64,000 nt of DNA from Dehalococcoidia bacterium (lineage in GTDB: Bacteria > Chloroflexota > Dehalococcoidia > Plut-88900): contig CBDBLV010000005.1 of the NCBI GenBank assembly GCA_965207225.1, positions 1,664,001-1,728,000 of the forward strand, written 5' to 3'. Position numbers and translations under genes: made by a program. Below, in pieces: positions 18,783 through 28,061 of the stretch (position 1 is its first letter; each line of letters starts with the position of its first letter). A model generated the notes under the pieces. The model saw nothing but the letters and a program-made list of their open reading frames with translations, did no database searches and was not told the origin of the DNA.

Positions 18783-19724
18783 ATGGCTGAAAGAGTGTTG
18801 GTGACGGGTGGGGCGGGGTTCATCGGGTCGCATGTTGTGGATGCGATGCTGGGGGAGGGGTATGAAGTTGTAGTCGTGGACAACCTGGAGTCGGGGGGAA
18901 GGGAAAACGTCAACTCGGATGTTGAGGTGCTGGAGACCGATCTCCGGGACCCGGCGCTGTCACAGGTATTCCAGGAACACAGACCACGGTATGTATGTCA
19001 CCTTGCGGCGCAGGCGAGCATTACGAAGTCGATTCGCGGGCCCCTGGTGGATGCGGACGCCAACATCATCGGGTCTCTGAATGTGCTTGAAGAGTGCCGT
19101 AAGAATGAGGTGAAGAAGATCCTATTCTCGTCGAGCGGAGGGGCAATGTATGGTGAACCCGTCACCCTGCCGTGTGACGAGGAACATCCCGTTCGGCCTC
19201 TCTCCCCGTATGGTGCAGCAAAGGCGGCGTTGGAGCTTTATCTGCCCATTTATCGGAGCCTGTACGGCTTGCAATACAGCGCGTTGAGGTATGCCAACGT
19301 ATACGGGCCCCGACAGAGCCCCTTAGGAGAGGCGGGAGTCGTAGCCATATTCGCAGGTCGGATGCTGGATGGCGAGCCGGTGTTCATCAACGGGTCAGGG
19401 GAGCAGGAGCGAGACTTCGTGTACGTGGAAGACATCGCCCGTGCGAACGTTGCGGCCCTGGCTGCCGGAGACGATGAGGCATTCAACCTGGGGTCGGGGG
19501 TGGGGACTTCGGTCAATGAGATATTCAGTCGACTAAGCAGGTTGACAGGCTACGGCCTTGAGCCGGAACACAGGCCGCAACCCGATGGAGAAGTGTTCAA
19601 AATAGTCCTCAATGCGGAGAAAGCGCGAAATGTGCTGGGATGGGAGCCTCGGGTGTGTTTGGAAGAGGGTTTGAGCAGGACCGTAGAGTCGTTGCAGGAC
19701 AGCCCGCAGAAGGTGGAGAGTTGA
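18783..19724 (+). CDS. NAD-dependent epimerase/dehydratase (GalE-like)
   Basis: VTGGAGFIGSH, YGAAK, RYANVYGPRQ. Confidence 0.92.
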   Translation: MAERVLVTGGAGFIGSHVVDAMLGEGYEVVVVDNLESGGRENVNSDVEVLETDLRDPALSQVFQEHRPRYVCHLAAQASITKSIRGPLVDADANIIGSLNVLEECRKNEVKKILFSSSGGAMYGEPVTLPCDEEHPVRPLSPYGAAKAALELYLPIYRSLYGLQYSALRYANVYGPRQSPLGEAGVVAIFAGRMLDGEPVFINGSGEQERDFVYVEDIARANVAALAAGDDEAFNLGSGVGTSVNEIFSRLSRLTGYGLEPEHRPQPDGEVFKIVLNAEKARNVLGWEPRVCLEEGLSRTVESLQDSPQKVES

Positions 19725-21736
19725 GCATCAGGTACAGGTATTCTAAGTGGGACGGGACGCAGGAGCCGTTCAGGGCGTCGGCGGAGGAACTGCTGGACGA
19801 GCTGACCAAGGACATTCTCGCCTACGGAGACCTGCAGTCGGCGATGCAGCGGCTGGTGGAGCGAGGAATGCAAACGCGACAGGGGATGCGGATGCAGGGG
19901 CTGCGGGACCTGATTGATCAACTCCGTCGTGAGAAAGAAAAGCAACTCAAGCAATACGACCTCGAGTCGATGATGGACGATCTGAAGGAGACGCTCGACA
20001 AGATCGTGAGGATGGAGAGGGAGGAGCTTGAGAAGCGGCTGGATGAGGCCCGGGGGTCGGGGGAGGGCGAGGACTCTCCAGAAGAGATGAGGGAGATGCT
20101 GGAGAGGATGGTCCAGAAAAAGATGGACCAGCTGGACAACCTTCCGGAGAGTGTGGGCGGGACGTTCAAGGAGCTGATGGACTATGAGTTCTTCGATGAG
20201 GAGGCCCGGGAGGAGTTCCAAAAGCTACTGGACATGCTCAGGCAGAAGATGCTGGACCCCTACGCCCGGGACCTGGCGGAGCGGATGCAGAACATGGGCC
20301 CCGGGGAGATGGATGCGATAAAGCAGATGCTCTCCGATCTGAACGAAATGCTGGAACGGCAAAGGATGGGGCTCGACCCCGGCTATGACGAATTCAAGCA
20401 GAGGTATAGGCGGGCATTCCCTGACATGCCCGATACCCTGGAGGAGTTCGTCGAGGACCTGCAGAGACGGATATCGCAGATGCGGTCCTTGATGAACAGC
20501 CTATCGGACGAAGCGCGGGAGTCTCTCGAGCAGATGATGCAATCCCAGATGACGGACCCCGAGCTGGCTGACTTAATGGCCAGCCTCGCCGAGAACCTGG
20601 AGGCCCTCCACCCGACGCGGCGGAGGATGAGTGGCTACCCGTTCGAAGGGGAGGAGGAGTTGAGCTGGGATGAAGCGATGCAGCTGATGTCCAAGATGCA
20701 GGACATGGAGGAGCTGGAGGCGCAGATACGTCGGGCGCAGGCGAGTCGAGGGCTGGAGGGGATAGACATGGAGAAGCTGCGGGAGGTGCTGGGCGAGGAG
20801 GCGGAAGAGGATGTGGAGGCGCTCAGGCAACTGGTGAGGGAGATGGAGGAAGCGGGATACCTGCGCTTCAAGGACGGGCGCATGGAACTTACACCCAAGG
20901 GCCACCGGCGGATAGGACAGAAGGCGCTGAGGGACATATTTGGGCACATGAAGAAGGACCGTCGGGCGGCGCACGAGGTGAGGAGGACAGGAATCGGGGT
21001 GGAGGACGTGCAGGAGAGCAAGCGCTACGAGTTTGGAGACCCGTTCCGTTTGAATATCCCCAGGACGGTGCTCAATGCCGTTGAGAGATCGGGTGCGGGG
21101 ACGCCGGTGCGGATGATTCCCGATGACCTGGAGATCTACAAGCCCGAACACCAGACCCGGAGCGCGACCGTGCTACTGCTGGACCAGAGCCGGTCGATGG
21201 ACATGAGCGGGGACTTCTTCGGGGCCAAGAAGGTAGCCCTCGCATTGCACAGCCTGATATCAGGGCAGTTTCCAAAGGATGACCTTCACATAATCGGGTT
21301 TTCGCTAATGGCGGAGGAGATCAAGGCTCGGGACCTGCCGGAGGCGGGCGCCAGCGACAGTGCGCCGGGCACGAACATGCACCATGCGCTGCAATTGGCC
21401 CGGGAGTACCTGGCCAAGCGCAAGTGCGAGAACAAACAGATCATCATGATCACGGACGGGGAGCCGACGGCCCACATGGAGCAGGACTACCCGTATTTCG
21501 CCTGGCCCCCGAGCATGGCAACGGTGCAGGCTACGCTCCAGGAAGTGAAACGCTGCACCAAGGACGGGATAATCATCAACGTATTCATGCTGGACACGAG
21601 CTACTATCTAATCGATTTCATGGAGCACGTGACGAAGATAAACCGGGGTCGGGCGTTCTTCACGACGGCTGACAGGCTGGGCGAGTACATCCTGGTTGAC
21701 TACATCAACCACAAGAGGACTCGGATCCGGCCGTAG
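19721..21736 (+). CDS. VWA domain-containing protein
   Basis: RYRYSKWDGTQ N-terminus, coiled coil, MIDAS DQSRSM..GTN..ITDGEPT. Confidence 0.88.
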   Translation: MSIRYRYSKWDGTQEPFRASAEELLDELTKDILAYGDLQSAMQRLVERGMQTRQGMRMQGLRDLIDQLRREKEKQLKQYDLESMMDDLKETLDKIVRMEREELEKRLDEARGSGEGEDSPEEMREMLERMVQKKMDQLDNLPESVGGTFKELMDYEFFDEEAREEFQKLLDMLRQKMLDPYARDLAERMQNMGPGEMDAIKQMLSDLNEMLERQRMGLDPGYDEFKQRYRRAFPDMPDTLEEFVEDLQRRISQMRSLMNSLSDEARESLEQMMQSQMTDPELADLMASLAENLEALHPTRRRMSGYPFEGEEELSWDEAMQLMSKMQDMEELEAQIRRAQASRGLEGIDMEKLREVLGEEAEEDVEALRQLVREMEEAGYLRFKDGRMELTPKGHRRIGQKALRDIFGHMKKDRRAAHEVRRTGIGVEDVQESKRYEFGDPFRLNIPRTVLNAVERSGAGTPVRMIPDDLEIYKPEHQTRSATVLLLDQSRSMDMSGDFFGAKKVALALHSLISGQFPKDDLHIIGFSLMAEEIKARDLPEAGASDSAPGTNMHHALQLAREYLAKRKCENKQIIMITDGEPTAHMEQDYPYFAWPPSMATVQATLQEVKRCTKDGIIINVFMLDTSYYLIDFMEHVTKINRGRAFFTTADRLGEYILVDYINHKRTRIRP

Positions 21737-21745
21737 GGGGAGGGG

Positions 21746-22129
21746 TCAGGAGATGCCGAGGTCCCGGGCTGTTGAACGGAGTTTCCTGTCGAGTGTGGCC
21801 AGAGGCGTGCCGAGGGTCTGGGCCAGGTGGAGGTAGCTGGCGTCATAGGCGGTGAGTCCGGTGTCGAGGGCTAGTTGCAGGGTTTCTTCGAAGTCAACTT
21901 CTTTTCAGCTAATCACTGTGCTGAGTGCTACATTCAGCGCTTCAAATATGCCGATTCGCTCGGAAGGATTCTGATTTGCTTTCTTCCAGGCAATGTTGGT
22001 GACCTCAAAGGTCAAGAGGTGTGGAGCGTAGAATTCGTACCCTTCCACGAGTGCTAATGCTTCGTCTGCATTTAATTCATCGAAAGCAATAGCGGCGAAT
22101 ACGGATGAGTCAACGACTATGGCCGGCAT
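21746..22129 (-). pseudogene. vapC: VapC/PIN toxin with internal in-frame TGA (21905-21907)
   Basis: VVDSSV..EVTN then, in the same frame after TGA, TGLTAYDASYLHLA..LATLDRKL. Confidence 0.75.
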
Positions 22130-22352
22130 CTCTATCTTCCCTAATCATTTGAGTTGCTTCATTCGTTCTACGAAGGTTCAATCGCTTGATTTCTTCATAT
22201 GCCTCTTTAATCGTCAAACGCCTGGGCAATAGAGTCTCCTCAAGGATTGAAAGCAATTCACCTTGAATGGAACGATGGTTGCGTTTTGCTCGATCTCTTA
22301 ATCTCTGCGCTAAGGGGTCAGGAACATTTCGGATGGAAAGATTAACTGTCAT
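22110..22352 (-). CDS. FitA/Arc-like ribbon-helix-helix antitoxin
   Basis: LSIRNVPD..LRDRAKRNHRSIQGEL; overlaps vapC start. Confidence 0.85.
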   Translation of the reverse strand: MTVNLSIRNVPDPLAQRLRDRAKRNHRSIQGELLSILEETLLPRRLTIKEAYEEIKRLNLRRTNEATQMIREDRDAGHSR

Positions 22353-22410
22353 AACTACTCCACTTTACTGCCAGAATGCATATATTTTAGCATCAAAGCT
22401 GCTTCAAATG

Positions 22411-22435
22411 AAAGGGCCCGCCATTTGGCGGGCCC
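22411..22435 (-). terminator. Rho-independent terminator after HesB/IscA gene
   Basis: GGGCCCGCCA/TGGCGGGCCC stem followed by TTTC on the minus strand. Confidence 0.6.
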
Positions 22436-22466
22436 CAATTTGTTTCTGTCGAATGTAGGTCGGGGG

Positions 22467-22808
22467 TTAGCCGCCCCGGCCGCAGGCGCAGTTGCCGCCA
22501 CAACCTCCTCCACCACCGCCCTGGAAGTTGGGGTTGTTGACCGTGAAACCGGAGCGTTCGAGGGTCTCAATGTAGTCGATTTGCGAACCCTCAAGCATCG
22601 GGGCGCTTTCGGGGTCAAAGACGACGGTGAGGCCATCCTGCTCTACGGTCATGTCCTCTGCAGAGATGTCGTTGTCCAGGGACATCATGTACTGCGGCCC
22701 CCCGCAGCCCATGCCTGCAATCATCACCCGGAGGGAGATTTCTTCCTCTTCCTGCTCGGCGATGAATTCCTTAACCTTTTCGAGAGCGATGGGAGTTAGG
22801 CTTACCAT
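22467..22808 (-). CDS. HesB/IscA/ErpA iron-sulfur cluster assembly accessory protein
   Basis: LTPIALEKV, GMGCGG..Y, IDY..GF..NNPN..CACG. Confidence 0.9.
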   Translation of the reverse strand: MVSLTPIALEKVKEFIAEQEEEEISLRVMIAGMGCGGPQYMMSLDNDISAEDMTVEQDGLTVVFDPESAPMLEGSQIDYIETLERSGFTVNNPNFQGGGGGGCGGNCACGRGG

Positions 22809-22962
22809 GTGGTTCTCCTAGAGGGCGTTCTAACCGGACGTTTGGGATAGGTTACCGCGAGGGCGGTTGGGGGTCAAGAGTCGGGCGCAACGCCGGAAGA
22901 GGAAACGGGTACTGATATAGTATTCCGGAAATCGGCCGGGCCCGGACTATTGGAGGGATTCC

Positions 22963-24141
22963 ATGACCATGCAATTGGACAGTGAATACGAAAAAGGCAG
23001 ACCGGCGATGACAGCATTGCGAAGGGATATCCACTGCCACCCGGAGCTGTCATTCAAGGAAGTTAGGACGGCGGCGCTGGTAGCCGAGAAGTTGTTGGAG
23101 CTAGGGCTGGAGGTGAGGACGGGTGTCGGCAAAACAGGGGTCACGGGGCTGCTGAAGGGTGGGTCTCCGGGAAAGACCCTGCTTATCAGGGCAGACATGG
23201 ATGCCTTGCCAATTGAAGAATCCAATGGCTTGGCCTTCCGGTCACGGGAGCCGGGGGTGATGCATGCCTGAGGTCACGATGGGCACGTAGCCGTGGCTAT
23301 GTCAGTTGCATCGGTACTGACGGGAGTGAAGGATGATATTAAGGGCAACGTGAAGTTTGCCTTCCAGCCGGCGGAGGAGACCGCGGGAGGTGCGCTAGGG
23401 ATGATCGAAGCGGGGGCGTTGGAGGACCCCAAGGTGGATGCCACTATCGCCCTGCACATTATCAACACGTTGGAGACAGGCAAGGTCGGGGTGCGGGTGG
23501 GCGGGATGTTCGCCAGCGTTGACGAGTTCACCATCAGGATCAAGGGGCGCGGGGGTCACGCGGCACATCCAGAGTCGTTGGTTGACCCGGTGCTTGTTGC
23601 GGGGCAGGCCGTAAGTGCGCTTCACCATATAGTGGGTCGGAATGTGGGGGCGCAGGATTCGGCGGTGCTGAGCATCGGAATGATAAGGGGTGGGACAGCA
23701 TTCAACATCATCCCCGAGGAGGTGGAGTTGAAAGGGACGGTGAGGGCATTCGATGACGGGACTCGAGACAGGGTAATGAGTCGTATTGAAGAAGTGCTGG
23801 CAGGGATAACCGCCGCGGCGGGTGCGACCTACGAATTCGAGGACATCTACCAGAGTCCAGTTGTCATGAACGAGGCAGAAATCACGGACTTAGTCCGTCA
23901 GGCAGCGGAACGGGCCATTGGCGCCGAGAACGTGATTGAGTGCGAACCGACCATGGGCGGCGATGACCAGGCGTATTTCCAGAAGGAAGTGCCAGGTTGC
24001 TACTTCATTGTCGGGGGTGGGGATGAGGGCGCGGGATACGGGCCCCATCACAGCGCGACATTCGGGTTTGACGAGCGGGCGCTAGAGGTCGGGCTCCGGG
24101 TAATGACGGAGGCGGCGTTAGAGTATCTGGGTCGGGGGTAG
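22963..24141 (+). CDS. M20 (Acy1/YxeP-like) amidohydrolase, predicted selenoprotein (TGA 23269-23271 = U103)
   Basis: HPELSFKE, RADMDALP, MHA-TGA-GHD in frame (family MHACGHD), FQPAEE, GGHAAHP; hairpin 23285-23302. Confidence 0.85.
23272..23302 (+). promoter_or_regulatory. Putative SECIS element
   Basis: ACGTAGC-CGTG-GCTATGT hairpin, loop 20 nt after UGA. Confidence 0.6.
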
Positions 24142-24258
24142 GGGACCAGGAACCCCAACTAAGCTCCAAAAGGAGTTGTATTCTTGTAATGCTTTGGTAC
24201 AAACAATGCTATATGTGTTGCCAAAACGCACACAAACGGCAATAATTGGGAAATAGCC

Positions 24259-24540
24259 TTGAGATTTGATTGGAGCGAGGAGAAAAACCACAGGCTCATC
24301 AGGCAAAGGGGAGTCTCATTTGACAGTGTCGTCGCATCCATAGAAGGTGGCCGAGTCTTGGATGTTGCAAGGCACAGTAATCAGGATCGCTATCCGGGGC
24401 AGTGGATGTATGTCGTTGAGATTAATGACTATATTCACATGGTGCCCTTTGTTGTCCAGGACGATGGGTCCCATTTTCTTAAGACCATTATCCCCAATAG
24501 CAGATTAACGAGAGAATATAGAAGGAGGAGACAGCCTTGA
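24259..24540 (+). CDS. BrnT-like (DUF497-type) toxin
   Basis: FDWSEEKN..L..RGVSF; HPNQ-like HSNQDRYPGQ; FLKTIIPNSR. Confidence 0.8.
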   Translation: MRFDWSEEKNHRLIRQRGVSFDSVVASIEGGRVLDVARHSNQDRYPGQWMYVVEINDYIHMVPFVVQDDGSHFLKTIIPNSRLTREYRRRRQP

Positions 24541-24842
24541 ATGAAAGTCTGGATAGGGAAGAAATGGAAATCCTAGAGCAATACGAAAGAGGGGAATTTA
24601 AATCAGTACCCAATATGGAGCAGGCGATAGAATGGGCCAGAGAGGCAGCACGCAACACATTAAAGAAGACCAAACGGGTGAATCTTCGCGTAACGGAGCG
24701 TGACTTTGATCTAGCCCACGCGCGGGCGCGGGAGGAAGGGATTCCGTATCAGACACTGCTTTCCAGCGTGATTCACAAGTATTTGCGTGGTCGGCTGGTT
24801 GAGAAACCGAGGTCTGAAGTCGGGGTTAGGGAGATGATGTGA
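24537..24842 (+). CDS. CopG/BrnA-like antitoxin
   Basis: KKTKRVNLRV..D..ARAREEGIPYQTLLSSVIHKY. Confidence 0.82.
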   Translation: MNESLDREEMEILEQYERGEFKSVPNMEQAIEWAREAARNTLKKTKRVNLRVTERDFDLAHARAREEGIPYQTLLSSVIHKYLRGRLVEKPRSEVGVREMM

Positions 24843-24909
24843 GATCACATACCCTCCATAAGGCTGTCATTGGGTTGATAGCCCTACGCCTAAGGCTTAT
24901 AGTTGAGCT

Positions 24910-25149
24910 TTGGAATACGAATGGGATGAGGTCAAATGCCTAGCTAATCTCAAAAAGCACCATGTGGACTTTTACGCAGTCTATGGGTTTGACTGGAATA
25001 CGGCGACTGTCAGCTACAGCCAACGTGAGGGTGAGTCCCGATGGACGGCTACGGTATACGCAGGTGATCTGTTCATCTTTCTGGTGTTCACGATAAGGGA
25101 CAACAAGATTCGGGTGATCAGCATCCGCAAGGCGAAATTGGAAGAGTAG
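24910..25149 (+). CDS. BrnT family toxin (possibly C-terminally short)
   Basis: YEWDEVK..NLKKH.VDF; GESRW; IRVISIRKA. Confidence 0.75.
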   Translation: MEYEWDEVKCLANLKKHHVDFYAVYGFDWNTATVSYSQREGESRWTATVYAGDLFIFLVFTIRDNKIRVISIRKAKLEE

Positions 25150-25150
25150 G

Positions 25151-25495
25151 ATGAAGATTCGGGAGACTAAGCCTAACAAGATCAAGTTGGATCCTGCTGA
25201 TGTAGATAGTTACCGGCAGAAGATAGAAGAACTCGCGGCATTGGAATTGGATTTCGTGGAGGTAAAGGCCATTTATGGCGAGGACGTAGCCATTGACGTT
25301 GGCATTGCCCGAGACCCTGACTGCCCGGAACTAACCGCAGAAGAAATTGCTCAAATGCGCCCCGCCATTGAAGTTGTTCCGGAGATAGTGATGGCATACC
25401 GACGAGGCGAGCTAAGAATCCGACCAGACCTATTGGCGAAAAGAGACAATGGTGGAATGGAAGCTGGACGGCCAACGGAGGTGAGGCGTGACTAA
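25151..25495 (+). CDS. Putative BrnA-like antitoxin
   Basis: GIARDPDCPELT..MRPAIEV motif, directly after BrnT. Confidence 0.55.
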   Translation: MKIRETKPNKIKLDPADVDSYRQKIEELAALELDFVEVKAIYGEDVAIDVGIARDPDCPELTAEEIAQMRPAIEVVPEIVMAYRRGELRIRPDLLAKRDNGGMEAGRPTEVRRD

Positions 25496-26471
25496 GAAGC
25501 TGTTGGTTGGAACGGATGCTGGGCTCCTCATCCTAGAAAGGGAAAACGGCTCCTGGGCCAAGTCCGCCGAATCACTGGAAGGCAAGTGGGTGCAGAAACT
25601 GGAGATCGATGCCTCTGGGAGGATGTATGCGGGAATTACGCATGATGGTGTGTACTGGGCGGACTCGGCGTCGGGCCCCTGGACTCAGGGTTTAGAGGGA
25701 GACATCAGGGGCCTGGGTGTCTCTCCTCATCAGTCGGGCATGGTTTTTGCCGGTACGGAGCCGGCAGCAGTGTTCAGGAGCCGGGACGGGGGGGAGAGCT
25801 GGCTTGAAATGGAGGCCGTGAAGGCACTGCCCAACTATTCGACATGGTCTTTCCCAGCCCCTCCGTTCATCTCCCATGTGCGGACATTCGACTTTGATCC
25901 CGTCGAGCCGGCAACCGTGTATGCGGGGGTGGAGGTCGGGGGGCTGATCCGCAGCAAAGATGGCGGGGAGACATGGGAGCATTACGGTGAGGGCATATAC
26001 GAAGATATCCACTATCTTCTATCGCACCCCAGCGATGCCAAGGTCATGTACTCGACCACGGGCGATGGATTTTACCGCTCAACGGACGGGGCCCGGAACT
26101 GGGAGCACATACAGGACGGCATGGAGAACCCCTACACTCATCCCATCATCTTCGACAGCCGGGACCCGAACATTCTTTACATAGGATCGGCGATAGACAA
26201 TCCCAGCACCTTCGGGAGGCCGGAAGGCGCTGCGGCGCGCATATACAGGAGCAGGGATGCGGGGTCGACGTGGGAGAGGCTCGGGAACGGGCTGCCGGAC
26301 AGGCTTCACGGGATGGTGAGGGGGTTGGTGTCGGACCCTGGGGTGTCAGGCGGGTTGTATGCGGGTACGACGGACGGGGAACTGTTCGCCAGCGAGAACG
26401 AGGGAGACAGCTGGGAGCTGATCGCAGACGGGCTTCCGGCAATATGGGTGATCAAGGTGCCCTCTAATTGA
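25488..26471 (+). CDS. BNR/Asp-box repeat beta-propeller protein
   Basis: Repeated RSxDGGxxW Asp-boxes. Confidence 0.85.
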   Translation: MTKKLLVGTDAGLLILERENGSWAKSAESLEGKWVQKLEIDASGRMYAGITHDGVYWADSASGPWTQGLEGDIRGLGVSPHQSGMVFAGTEPAAVFRSRDGGESWLEMEAVKALPNYSTWSFPAPPFISHVRTFDFDPVEPATVYAGVEVGGLIRSKDGGETWEHYGEGIYEDIHYLLSHPSDAKVMYSTTGDGFYRSTDGARNWEHIQDGMENPYTHPIIFDSRDPNILYIGSAIDNPSTFGRPEGAAARIYRSRDAGSTWERLGNGLPDRLHGMVRGLVSDPGVSGGLYAGTTDGELFASENEGDSWELIADGLPAIWVIKVPSN

Positions 26472-26518
26472 GTCAAAGAACCAAAAGGTAATGTCCGAGA
26501 GTTGAGGAGCAAGCCGAA

Positions 26519-28000
26519 ATGGCACAACAGGCACTGGTAGGCAGCATAAGGGCCCCGGACTTCCCGAGGGATATAGACTGGCTGAACGTCGGGCGTTCTC
26601 TGAGCATGGAGGACTTCAAGGGCAAGATAGTCATTCTGGACTTCTGGACCTACTGCTGAGTCAACTGCATGCACGTATTTCCGCAGTTGCGGAAACTGGA
26701 AGAGAAATATCGGGACGAGCTGGTGGTGGTCGGGGTCCATTCGGCGAAGTTCACCACCGAGAAGGAAACGGCGAACATCGAAAAGGCGATACGTCGCTTC
26801 GAGCTGGAACACCCGGTGGTCAACGACAAAGACTTCCGGGTGTGGAGCCAGTACTCGGCGCGTGCGTGGCCGACCCTCTATGTGATCGACCCCGAGGGCA
26901 ACATCCTCGGGCGACATGAAGGTGAGATAACCTTTGGGGCTTTCGACAGGGTTATCAGCGACATGATCACCGAGTTCGAGGCCCGGGGCACGTTAGACCG
27001 GTCACCGATTCCCGGCTTCTACGAGCACAAGAAAGAAGGAGGCATACTCTCCTTCCCCAGCAAGATCATCTCGAATGAAGCTGGGTCCCGACTTTTCGTG
27101 TCGGACTCCAACCACAACCGTATTCTGTCCATCTCGATGGATGGCCAGATTTTGGACGTAATCGGTGGAGAGGAGTCCGGGCTGGAGGACGGAAACTTTG
27201 CAGACGCCCAGTTCAACCATCCCCACGGGCTGGCCATTTCGGGAAAGAACCTCTACGTGGCGGATACGGAGAACCACTGCATACGTCGAGTGGACCTGCA
27301 GACCCGAACGGTCGAGACGATAGCCGGGACCGGAGAACAAGCGCGCATGTTCCATGATGGTGGAGTTGGAGAGGTTGCCCTGAACTCGCCCTGGGACCTG
27401 ACCTGCCAGGACGGGATGCTCTACATTGCCATGGCGGGCTTCCACCAGCTGTGGGTGATGCACCTGGAATCAGGGTACGTGGGGCCTTTCGCCGGGAGCG
27501 GCAGGGAGGGGATCCGAGATGGGTCTCTGCGCAACTCGATGCTGGCCCAGCCTACGGGAATCGACACTGACGGTGACACCATCTACTTCGCAGACAGCGA
27601 GACCAGCGCCGTTCGGACGGCTACGAGAGGGGAGTCGGGGCAGGTGAGCACGCTGGTGGGCACCGGACTGTTCGACTTCGGAGACAGGGACGGGGTCGGA
27701 GACCGTGCACTTCTCCAGCACGTGCAGGGAATCTGCTGGCACGATGGCATGCTCTACGTCACGGATACCTACAACAACAAGGTCAAGCGGATCGACCCCT
27801 TGACCCGGGCTGTGGTCAGCTTTACGGGGTTGGGGGATACGGGCTTCGAGGATGGGTTATCCAAAGAGGCCCTGTTCTACGAACCCGAGGGTCTCGCTAT
27901 CGCTGACGGCAAGATGTACATCGCCGACACCAATAACCACGCCATCAGGGTTGCGGCTCTGTCCACGGGCACGGTGTCGACCCTGAAAATCAAGGAATAA
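26519..28000 (+). CDS. Thioredoxin-like + NHL repeat protein (NHLRC2/SOQ1-like), predicted selenoprotein (TGA 26657-26659 = U47)
   Basis: Upstream in-frame RAPDFP..WLN..GKIVILDFWTYC-TGA-VNCMH (family WTYCCINCMH), GVHSAKF, AWPT, NHL repeats; hairpin 26678-26695. Confidence 0.88.
26660..26695 (+). promoter_or_regulatory. Putative SECIS element
   Basis: TTTCCGC-AGTT-GCGGAAA perfect hairpin, loop 25 nt after UGA. Confidence 0.65.
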
Positions 28001-28061
28001 GTCAGGACTTTCGATAAGACTACCGGCAACGCAGGGTAAGGACCCACGCAAGGAGGAGCCA

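Noticed and set aside
21905-21907. TGA in vapC as selenocysteine
   Set aside because: Not at a conserved Cys, and no matching hairpin at SECIS distance.
22467-22808. HesB-like protein as a fourth selenoprotein
   Set aside because: The GxGCGG codon is TGC; there is no in-frame TGA.
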